This document shows, piece after piece, positions 49,540-56,170 of a DNA stretch of 56,170 bases. Origin of the DNA: an uncultured Candidatus Saccharibacteria bacterium. Lineage in GTDB: Bacteria > Patescibacteriota > Saccharimonadia > Saccharimonadales > UBA10212. Under the pieces are notes generated by a model. It was given only the letters and a program-made list of their open reading frames with translations. It was not told the DNA's origin and searched no databases. Made by a program: the position numbers and the translations under genes. Position 1 is the first letter of the stretch. Each line of letters opens with the position of its first letter. The stretch lies in contig CAYWQH010000003.1 of NCBI GenBank assembly GCA_964460855.1, positions 69,410-125,579 of the forward strand, in the 5' to 3' direction.

Positions 49540-50648
49540 AAAAACCGAAAACGTCGGAAGTCAAATCCAAACCGCCGGGTGAGGCAAATTACCTGCGCCG
49601 TCTCGCTAAAATGTGTTGGCGAGACCGTAACCGCTGGCAGCGCGCCGGCTTGGTTATATTCGGGCTGGCCGTGCTTTTTTATATCCAGGTTATTGCGGTC
49701 TCCCAGTGGTACATTAATAAGCATAAAAATGAGCCGTTAAATATCGGCGTAACTTTTATTGCTGATTACGCCCGGTATTTCGACCTGGACCCCCACCAGA
49801 CGATGCTGGCCCTGCGCGACGACCTGGGCTTTAAACGTTTCCGTTTAACAACTTATTGGAGCAATATCGAACCGCAGCAAGGTAAATACGATTTTTCCGA
49901 GCTGGACTGGGAGCTGGACCGGGTCGACGAAGTCGGCGGCCAAACAACTTTGGCAATTGGCTTGCGGCAGCCGCGTTGGCCGGAATGCCACTTTCCGGAT
50001 TGGGCGGCCAACGAGCCGCGCAGTACTTGGGAGCCGCAGTTGGATGCCTACATGACGGCCGTCATCAACCACGTTAAAAGCCGCAAGAGCCTAGTCAGCT
50101 ACCAGCTTGAAAATGAGTACTTTCTAGGGGTATTTGGCAAATGCCCGAGCCACCCCCGGGCCCGCCTGCAAAGCGAGTTCGACATGGTTAAGCGCCTCGA
50201 CCCCAACCACCCGGTAATTATCAGCCTGGCCAATAACTATTTCGGACTGCCGCTGGGCCAGCCGCGGCCCGACCAATTTGGCATTTCCGTTTATAAGCGG
50301 GTGTGGGACAAAACCGTCACCAAACACTATTTTGAGTACCCCTTTACGCCGCGCTATTATACTTGGCGCTCAGGCCTGACAGAAATTTTTACCGGCCGGT
50401 CGTCGATGCTGCACGAACTGCAGGCCGAACCTTGGCCGCCGCACGATATGAGCCTTAAAGACACCAGTATTGCCGAACAGTCCAAATCGATGGATGCCGC
50501 CCGCTTGAAAACACGTATCCAATACGGCGAAAAGACCGGCTACCGGGATATCGACTTATGGGGCGGGGAATGGTGGTACTGGCGAAAAGTAAAACTCAAC
50601 GACCCCAGTTTATGGGAAACCATGCGAACAGAGATAAATTCGCGTTAA
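49524..50648 (+). CDS. Membrane-anchored clan GH-A-like glycoside hydrolase (family not assigned)
   Basis: 374 aa with a GTG start and a TM helix (LVIFGLAVLFYIQVIAV). RLTTYWSNIEPQQGKYDF and the YQLENEY (NE catalytic-acid-like) motif are typical of (beta/alpha)8 GH5/35/42-type enzymes. Confidence 0.55.
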   Translation: MPSAAKKPKTSEVKSKPPGEANYLRRLAKMCWRDRNRWQRAGLVIFGLAVLFYIQVIAVSQWYINKHKNEPLNIGVTFIADYARYFDLDPHQTMLALRDDLGFKRFRLTTYWSNIEPQQGKYDFSELDWELDRVDEVGGQTTLAIGLRQPRWPECHFPDWAANEPRSTWEPQLDAYMTAVINHVKSRKSLVSYQLENEYFLGVFGKCPSHPRARLQSEFDMVKRLDPNHPVIISLANNYFGLPLGQPRPDQFGISVYKRVWDKTVTKHYFEYPFTPRYYTWRSGLTEIFTGRSSMLHELQAEPWPPHDMSLKDTSIAEQSKSMDAARLKTRIQYGEKTGYRDIDLWGGEWWYWRKVKLNDPSLWETMRTEINSR

Positions 50649-50667
50649 ATTAAGCTAAAATTAGGGG

Positions 50668-51114
50668 ATGGCTAAAAAGACCCGCCAAACTAAGAAGATT
50701 ATTAACCGCCGGGCACACTTCGATTACGAACTCGGCGATAGTTTAAGCGTGGGTTTGGAACTGACCGGGCCGGAAGTGCGCAACTTGAGACTGGGGCACG
50801 GCCAACTGCGCGGGGCTTACGTGGCCGTTATCAATAACCAGCTGTGGCTGCTAAACGCCCAAATTACCGGCAGCCCGTCGGCGCCCATCGGCACCGACGA
50901 CCAGCGCCGCACCCGCCGGCTGCTGGCCAAGCGCCGCGAAATAGACCGGCTGGAAGCGTCAAAAAAGCAGGGAATGACTATCATACCGATGGAACTTATA
51001 ACATCGGGACGTTACCTTAAATTAAAAATAGCCCTGGGTAAAGGGCGCAAGCGCTACGATAAGCGCGAAGTTATAAAAAAGCGCGAGCAGGAACGCAGCG
51101 CCCGCTACGCTTAA
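50668..51114 (+). CDS. smpB: SsrA-binding protein
   Basis: 148 aa. Motifs: NRRAHFDYEL, LTGPEVRNLR and a basic C-terminal tail. Confidence 0.9.
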   Translation: MAKKTRQTKKIINRRAHFDYELGDSLSVGLELTGPEVRNLRLGHGQLRGAYVAVINNQLWLLNAQITGSPSAPIGTDDQRRTRRLLAKRREIDRLEASKKQGMTIIPMELITSGRYLKLKIALGKGRKRYDKREVIKKREQERSARYA

Positions 51115-51231
51115 GCGCTATTTTGAACTAAACAGGCCCAGGGCCAGAATAAATAGGATTATCAAACCCGATGTGATCAGCGCGATTGCGACGGCCCGTT
51201 TGATTATCATGGTTCCATGCCTTTCATTGGC

Positions 51232-52650
51232 TTAACTCATTGCAAATTCTTCGCTATGGATGTTTTTGCCGGGAACGCCTTTGGCCCGGAACTGGCTGCG
51301 CAGCGATTTCATCATGGCCGGCGGGCCGCAAATATATATATCCTTGGTTCGTATGTTACCGCTGGTTTTAGCTACCATTTCGGCAGTCAGAAATTTATTG
51401 CCATGCTGGTCGGCGATATATGGAATCAGCCGGAAATTATTTTGGCGGATTTTAGCTTCGTTGGCCAGCAGTGCCCAATCTACTAACTCGCTTTTGGTTT
51501 TAACCGAATAATACAGGTCAACGTGGTAATCGCTATCGGCTTGGGCGTCGAAATCCCGAGCCATCGATAAAAATGGCGTAATTCCGATTCCGCCGGCAAT
51601 CCATACCTGGTTTTTATTTTTGTAATGCCGGTGGTTAAAGCGGCCGTATGCGCCTTCGATTTCGGCGATAGTGCCGGGCTTTATTTTTACCAGCTGGTTG
51701 GTGTAATCGCCCAGTGCTTTAACACTTAAGCGCAGTTTTTCGTCTTTTGGCGCCGACGATAGAGAAAACGGGTGCCATTCTTTGCCAAGCCCCGCTACGC
51801 CGCTATTTATAAACCGGATAAATACGAACTGGCCGCTGCGGAAATCCATTTTTAAGCCGTTTGGCTTCATCAGTAAATGCACAACGCCGCCGCCGGCCCG
51901 GCTGACATCCTCGACCGTATACTTGTATTTGCGAATAAGAATCCTGCCCATTAAGGTTTTATAAACCCAGGCGATAATGCCAAGCGCGGCAATACTTAAA
52001 ACGTAGTACTTTAAAGCGCTGCTGCGGCTGGAGTCACTAAAAATAAACAGTACGTGCAAACCGGCGATAAAAAAGAAAACTCCCAGCCATTTATGCAAAA
52101 ATAACCAAAGCGCGTAGGGCAGTTTGACGAAAAAGGTCAGGATTAACAGGCCCACCATGCCCAAAAAGGCGGTTATACCCAAAGTAATGGCCCATTGCTG
52201 GAGAACGGCGGCGTGCAAGCCGGCATGAATGTTAAACAGGGCCGAAAGTGGCGTCAGGCCATTAGGCACCAGCTGCAAGGCCGCTAATTTATATGAGGTT
52301 TGGAAATACTGCAGCGCCATAAATACCGGGTGAAAACATAGAAAAATCAGCGCCAGGCCGCCAAGCAAATGATGGGCGATATATACCCGGTTCAGCCCGC
52401 CGAAAAAATATTCCAAAAACCTCAGACGGGTGGCAAAAATAAGATTGAGGGCGTACATAACTATGCCAATAAGGCCGCATATCCTGCCCAGGTTTAGCAT
52501 TGCCGCCGAAAAACCGTGGATCGAGTGCAGGGGGTGCAATGGGTACCAAATAATTAGAGGAATAAGGCATAAAACCGCTACCACTCCCCAGCCCAAAAGG
52601 TTTTCGAGCCTAAAACTAATTAAAACCGACCGCTCGCCTTGTGGTTGCAT
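51232..52650 (-). CDS. NOX/ferric-reductase-like flavocytochrome (6-TM di-heme domain plus FAD/NAD(P)H-binding domain)
   Basis: 472 aa. Two His pairs are spaced 13 residues apart in TM helices (HLLGGLALIFLCFH; HKWLGVFFFIAGLH). It also has the FAD motif WHPFSLSS, the NAD(P)H motif GGIGITPF and a CGPP motif. Confidence 0.8.
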   Translation of the reverse strand: MQPQGERSVLISFRLENLLGWGVVAVLCLIPLIIWYPLHPLHSIHGFSAAMLNLGRICGLIGIVMYALNLIFATRLRFLEYFFGGLNRVYIAHHLLGGLALIFLCFHPVFMALQYFQTSYKLAALQLVPNGLTPLSALFNIHAGLHAAVLQQWAITLGITAFLGMVGLLILTFFVKLPYALWLFLHKWLGVFFFIAGLHVLFIFSDSSRSSALKYYVLSIAALGIIAWVYKTLMGRILIRKYKYTVEDVSRAGGGVVHLLMKPNGLKMDFRSGQFVFIRFINSGVAGLGKEWHPFSLSSAPKDEKLRLSVKALGDYTNQLVKIKPGTIAEIEGAYGRFNHRHYKNKNQVWIAGGIGITPFLSMARDFDAQADSDYHVDLYYSVKTKSELVDWALLANEAKIRQNNFRLIPYIADQHGNKFLTAEMVAKTSGNIRTKDIYICGPPAMMKSLRSQFRAKGVPGKNIHSEEFAMS

Positions 52651-52739
52651 TTCAAATTGTATCCAACATGCTTAATTATTAGTTTAACAAACTGATAACT
52701 TTCTGATAAACCAAGCGCATTTAAGTTATAATTTTAGGC

Positions 52740-53540
52740 ATGCTTAAAATATTCTCGTGGAACGTCAATGGTATTAGGGCTGTGGTTAATAAAGGCGCTT
52801 TCCAGGAATTCGTCAAACGCTTTGACCCGGACATTATTTGTTTGCAAGAAACCAAAGCCGAGCAAGGCCAGGCCGAAATTGATTTAAAAGGCTATGAGGA
52901 GTACTGGAATTCGGCCGCCAAAAAGGGCTATTCGGGCACGGCCATTTTCACCAAAATCAAACCGCTATCCGTTATAAATGGTTTCCCAAAAGAAATCATC
53001 GATAAATACGACGTCACCGGTGATACTTATGGCGATGCCAACCAAGAAGGCCGAGTGATTGCCGCCGAGTTCGAAAAGTTCTATTTGGTAACCGTATATA
53101 CTCCAAATACAAAAGAAGACTTGTCGCGGGTCGAGCTGCGCCACAAGCACTGGGACCCGGCGTTTTTGGCTTATTGCCAGATGCTGGAAACCAAAAAGCC
53201 GGTGGTCTTTTGCGGCGACTTAAACGTGGCCCACACCGAAGACGACCTGGCCAGACCCAAAGAAAATATCGGCAAAAAAGGCTTTACCGACGAAGAACGT
53301 TCCGGTTTCCAGAACTTCGTAGATGCCGGTTTCGTTGATACTTTCCGGCTGTTTACTAAAGGCAACGGGCATTATACCTGGTGGACATTCTGGGCTAACT
53401 CACGCGCCCGGAACATGGGTTGGCGCATCGATTATTTCCTGGCTTCCAAGAAATTAAAGCCGGCAATTAAAGCGGCGCACATCCACGCCGACCAGATGGG
53501 CAGCGACCACTGTCCGGTCAGCATCGAACTAGACATTTAA
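52740..53540 (+). CDS. xth: Exodeoxyribonuclease III
   Basis: 266 aa. Motifs: KIFSWNVNGIRA, ICLQETK, CGDLNVAH and GSDHCPV. Confidence 0.9.
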   Translation: MLKIFSWNVNGIRAVVNKGAFQEFVKRFDPDIICLQETKAEQGQAEIDLKGYEEYWNSAAKKGYSGTAIFTKIKPLSVINGFPKEIIDKYDVTGDTYGDANQEGRVIAAEFEKFYLVTVYTPNTKEDLSRVELRHKHWDPAFLAYCQMLETKKPVVFCGDLNVAHTEDDLARPKENIGKKGFTDEERSGFQNFVDAGFVDTFRLFTKGNGHYTWWTFWANSRARNMGWRIDYFLASKKLKPAIKAAHIHADQMGSDHCPVSIELDI

Positions 53541-53541
53541 T

Positions 53542-54345
53542 ATGGACTACTGGCAAAAACAGGGTTCGGAGCCGCTATTTCCGGACTTGCTGTGGAGCCG
53601 GCCTGAGAACCGTCAGACGGCCGGCAAGTTATTAGTTGTGGGCGGCCACGCCCAAACGTTCGCCGCGCCGGCCCAGGCCTACCAGTTCGCAGCCAAAGCC
53701 GGCATCGGCACCAGCAGGGTAGTGCTGCCCGACAGCCTACAAAAAATTGTAGGGCCGGTGGATATCGAAACTGTCTTCGTGCCCAGTTCGGCCGGCGGCA
53801 GCCTGGCTAAATCAGCATTGGGCGAGCTGCTTGAACAAGCCGCCTGGTGCGACGCCGTAATGCTGGCCGGTGACTTCGGCCATAACAGCGAAACAGCAAT
53901 TTTGCTTGAACAATTCATCCAAAAATTTGACGGGCCACTGACTATTACCAAAGACTGCATTGAAAATTTTTACTCCCGCACCAAAGCCATTTTAGATCGG
54001 CCGGATACGATAATCTCCGGCACTACCGGCCAGTTGCAAAAACTGTTAATCGGCGCTCCATCGATGCACCCGATTTATTACGGCATGAGCTTATTGAATT
54101 TGGTAGAAACCATGCATAAAATCAGCGGGCATTTCCCGTCGTTTTTCATTACGCGGCATCAGGACCAATTGGTGCTGGCCGGAAAAGGCCAGGTGAGTAC
54201 AACTAAGGATTCCGGCGACGTCGACTTTTGGCGGGTGCCGGCCGCCGCCTACGCGGCTGTTTGGCGGCTGCAAAACCCGGCTAAGCCGTTCGAGGCTATG
54301 ACTGCCGGACTATTTCAATACGTCAACGGAAACTCAGAGGAGTAA
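53542..54345 (+). CDS. Divergent YjeF-C/NnrD-like (ribokinase-fold) protein lacking the canonical GTGD motif
   Basis: 267 aa. GKLLVVGG...FAAPAQAYQFAAKAGIG..VVLP, DAVMLAGDFGHNSET, PLTITKDCI and TIISGTTGQLQKL follow the NAD(P)HX-dehydratase layout. The catalytic GTGDvLaG region is replaced by FWRVPAAAYAAVW. Confidence 0.45.
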   Translation: MDYWQKQGSEPLFPDLLWSRPENRQTAGKLLVVGGHAQTFAAPAQAYQFAAKAGIGTSRVVLPDSLQKIVGPVDIETVFVPSSAGGSLAKSALGELLEQAAWCDAVMLAGDFGHNSETAILLEQFIQKFDGPLTITKDCIENFYSRTKAILDRPDTIISGTTGQLQKLLIGAPSMHPIYYGMSLLNLVETMHKISGHFPSFFITRHQDQLVLAGKGQVSTTKDSGDVDFWRVPAAAYAAVWRLQNPAKPFEAMTAGLFQYVNGNSEE

Positions 54346-54349
54346 GCAC

Positions 54350-54925
54350 ATGCCTAATAAAGCCCCCCGAATTACCTTTAAGGATAGTCCGTTTAAAGCT
54401 TCGAGAGATTTTTACCTGGAGTATTTGGATCTATTGCCGCGCGAGTTCGGACAGGTCGCCGCTATTAATGAAGATTCGCACTTAAGCCTTATTTTTGATG
54501 CGCGTGATGAATCTGGTAATTTTTACCTCTGGCAGCGTTCACGAAACTATTATCAAGCGTTAAATATAGGGGCATCGCATCTTATACGGCAATTAATAGT
54601 AGCTTCCAATGCAGTGTACGGTTACGAATACGCTTTTAATAAGCAGTTGCTATTGCACGATGCTCGAGAATTAACCACCGAAGTTTCTGAAGAATTGACA
54701 GCTATCGACGCGCTCATGGCTAGCGGCGTTATAGAAGCCGAAGCTAAGCAACGCCGCCAGCGGCGGATAAATGCTGAACAGGCGCTAGAAAATTTCAGTG
54801 GCCTGCCTAGGGTTCGAAAGCAAATTGAACAATCGATACCCGATATTGGATTTGTGGCGCTAGCCCCGTATGTTCCATCCGCTCTGGCGAATGCAAAGAT
54901 ACGCGAACATATCGCTGGCAGATAA
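54350..54925 (+). CDS. Hypothetical protein (A+T-richer orphan)
   Basis: 191-aa ORF starting 4 nt after the upstream stop, with GAGGAG inside the upstream gene's end. No family recognised. Confidence 0.5.
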   Translation: MPNKAPRITFKDSPFKASRDFYLEYLDLLPREFGQVAAINEDSHLSLIFDARDESGNFYLWQRSRNYYQALNIGASHLIRQLIVASNAVYGYEYAFNKQLLLHDARELTTEVSEELTAIDALMASGVIEAEAKQRRQRRINAEQALENFSGLPRVRKQIEQSIPDIGFVALAPYVPSALANAKIREHIAGR

Positions 54926-54930
54926 TAGCG

Positions 54931-54945
54931 GGGCGAGGTGGGATT
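54931..54945. repeat. Direct repeat A of the tRNA-Leu 3' end (14/15)
   Basis: GGGCGAGGTGGGATT compared with GGGCGAGGTGGGAAT at 56106-56120. It lies in the 25-nt spacer between two convergent orphan genes. Confidence 0.85.
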
Positions 54946-54950
54946 GTTAA

Positions 54951-55958
54951 TCAATCAGCGCTGGGCAATGATTTAGCAGCGTGTTTTGTAAACTGCGATA
55001 TTCCTATATCAACGTTTCTGCGGTCTTGTTCGGGAATAAATTGCACATAGTAAAAATCTAGCAGCGTGAGGAATCGATATAGCTTTTTCATTACTTCTGT
55101 TGGTGGATTTTTTGAACTTCGGTCAGTTACGTAGCCGAATTTATCGATTAACGTAGCCATGCCATCATAGTCTTCACCGTTCCGGCCAGTTAATTTAGCC
55201 GGGGCCTGGAAGGTAACTTCCAAAATTGGCATATCGCCAGCCAACGCCCAGCGGCGATAGCCTAACGGATCAGTGTATGGATTTGGGATATACTCAGCAC
55301 CCGGACCGAAATGCGGATGCCATAAAGTGCCATTTACGGAATACGATTGCCGCTCGATCAATGGTTTGTGATCCTCATGCCTGGTAACAATCGATTCAGA
55401 AATACCAACATCCTCCGAAAAATAGCCATTATCATTTAATAATAGTTCGAAAGGTTTGGCGTGATTTAAAAAACTATAATTAATATCTTGTAGAGCTTCT
55501 TCGGCTTTTTTACGGGTAATTTGTCCCCCAAAAGACATTTGAATTTCGTACGATCTAGTTACACCTGATGGTAGGCCTTCCGGGGCAGGCAGGTCCGAAG
55601 ATAAAGGAGTTAATGTTACTAATTCATCGAGGTACACATTTGTACCGTCCTTACAGGTAATATACGAGCCGATTTTACGGCTATAAAAATCTGGATCATG
55701 ATACTGAGTTCTAACTACTCCCCCTGCGGCTTCAATTTTTTGCTTCATTTTCTCGCGGTGCATCCAATACATAACTCCGCCTTTAAAATACGCAGTGTGT
55801 AATAAACTTTTAATTTCCTTATCTAGTGAACCTAAATAAACTGAATAAACGGCTTCATCAGCTTGCTCGATAAGTTTCTTGGGCGGCTCAGGAAAGGTTT
55901 CTCCAGCAGACATGCAATTAGTTTGTACCGCTTCGTGCAAGCGTGCAAGCATGAGCAA
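54951..55958 (-). CDS. Hypothetical protein (A+T-richer orphan bracketed by tRNA-derived repeats)
   Basis: 335-aa ORF (TTG 55958; ATG at 55952 is more likely). No family recognised. Confidence 0.55.
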   Translation of the reverse strand: MLMLARLHEAVQTNCMSAGETFPEPPKKLIEQADEAVYSVYLGSLDKEIKSLLHTAYFKGGVMYWMHREKMKQKIEAAGGVVRTQYHDPDFYSRKIGSYITCKDGTNVYLDELVTLTPLSSDLPAPEGLPSGVTRSYEIQMSFGGQITRKKAEEALQDINYSFLNHAKPFELLLNDNGYFSEDVGISESIVTRHEDHKPLIERQSYSVNGTLWHPHFGPGAEYIPNPYTDPLGYRRWALAGDMPILEVTFQAPAKLTGRNGEDYDGMATLIDKFGYVTDRSSKNPPTEVMKKLYRFLTLLDFYYVQFIPEQDRRNVDIGISQFTKHAAKSLPSAD

Positions 55959-55967
55959 TTTGATAAC

Positions 55968-55982
55968 GGGCGAGGTGGGAAT
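55968..55982. repeat. Direct repeat B of the tRNA-Leu 3' end (15/15, with flank similarity)
   Basis: GGGCGAGGTGGGAAT is identical to 56106-56120. The preceding AGCAATTTGA (55954-55963) matches AGCAAATTTGA (56090-56100). Confidence 0.9.
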
Positions 55983-55999
55983 TGCCTCGCCGTTAGAAT

Positions 56000-56019
56000 A
56001 AAAAAACCGCTAACGCGGC
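56000..56019 (-). terminator. Weak intrinsic terminator downstream of tRNA-Leu
   Basis: Minus strand: GCCGC-GUUA-GCGGU (4 bp plus one G-U pair) followed by U7. Confidence 0.35.
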
Positions 56020-56067
56020 AGTAAGGGCCCTTCGACTCGCCGGCTTCCGCCGGCTCGCTCAGGGTCA

Positions 56068-56101
56068 TTCAAATTTGCTAATAGATTTTAGCAAATTTGA
56101 A
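56068..56101. repeat. Perfect 14-bp inverted repeat with 6-nt loop abutting the tRNA 3' end
   Basis: TTCAAATTTGCTAA (56068-56081), tagatt, TTAGCAAATTTGAA (56088-56101). The tRNA CCA end is at 56102-56104. Confidence 0.9.
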
Positions 56102-56170
56102 TGGTGGGCGAGGTGGGAATCGAACCCACAATCCTTGCGGAACACGATTTTGAGTCGTGCGCGTATACCA
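56102..56170 (-). tRNA. tRNA-Leu(CAA), CCA-encoded, 5' end cut by the window edge
   Basis: The reverse complement reads ..CACGA-CUCAAAA-UCGUG (anticodon CAA), a long variable arm UCC-GCAA-GGA, the T-arm GUGGG-UUCGAUU-CCCAC, the acceptor 3' strand CUCGCCC, then A and CCA. Confidence 0.9.

Overview
This is a densely coding bacterial chromosomal window of roughly 50% G+C (judged by eye). I recognised no rRNA, CRISPR array, transposase or integrase. The backbone is an aerobic energy module. It comprises a cytochrome bo3-type quinol oxidase operon cyoABCDE (15408-20075) followed by an FAD-linked oxidase, and a type-II NADH dehydrogenase (28801-30048) convergent with a complete F1Fo ATP synthase operon atpBEFHAGDC (30052-36359, minus strand). 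A NOX/ferric-reductase-like flavocytochrome lies at 51232-52650. Around this module sit two soluble PAS histidine kinases, a CheY-only response regulator, a Crp/Fnr regulator, an ABC-2 exporter and envelope glycosylation genes (three GT2, GtrA, one GH-like). There is also a 1496-aa multidomain secreted protein and several nucleases (SNase-like, His-Me finger, Xth, UvrD-PD-(D/E)XK helicase-nuclease). Housekeeping genes include queA, smpB, a dcd-like gene, cobO, a glutaredoxin-like gene and an aquaporin. A 5'-truncated tRNA-Leu(CAA) lies at the right edge. The gene content includes many small membrane-anchored orphans, scavenging nucleases, and cyo without visible quinone biosynthesis. This is reminiscent of Saccharibacteria-like Patescibacteria, but taxonomy cannot be proven from this window. 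Five things deserve a second look. (1) Three direct copies of the tRNA-Leu 3' end bracket A+T-richer orphan genes at 54.3-56.1 kb with no integrase. (2) At 42.69-43.56 kb a duplicated unit of promoter, G+C-rich ORF and GC hairpin encodes a secreted Cys-containing protein and a 34-aa TM peptide. (3) The dcd-like gene has its conserved N-terminus upstream of any canonical start, with a perfect SD placed before an ATT codon. (4) An orphan promoter, structured leader and terminator unit with a 3-codon mini-ORF lies at 4661-4798. (5) The respiratory gene set itself is notable. I did not find a system I can name as a known defence or mobile system, so all 'system' proposals below are inference.
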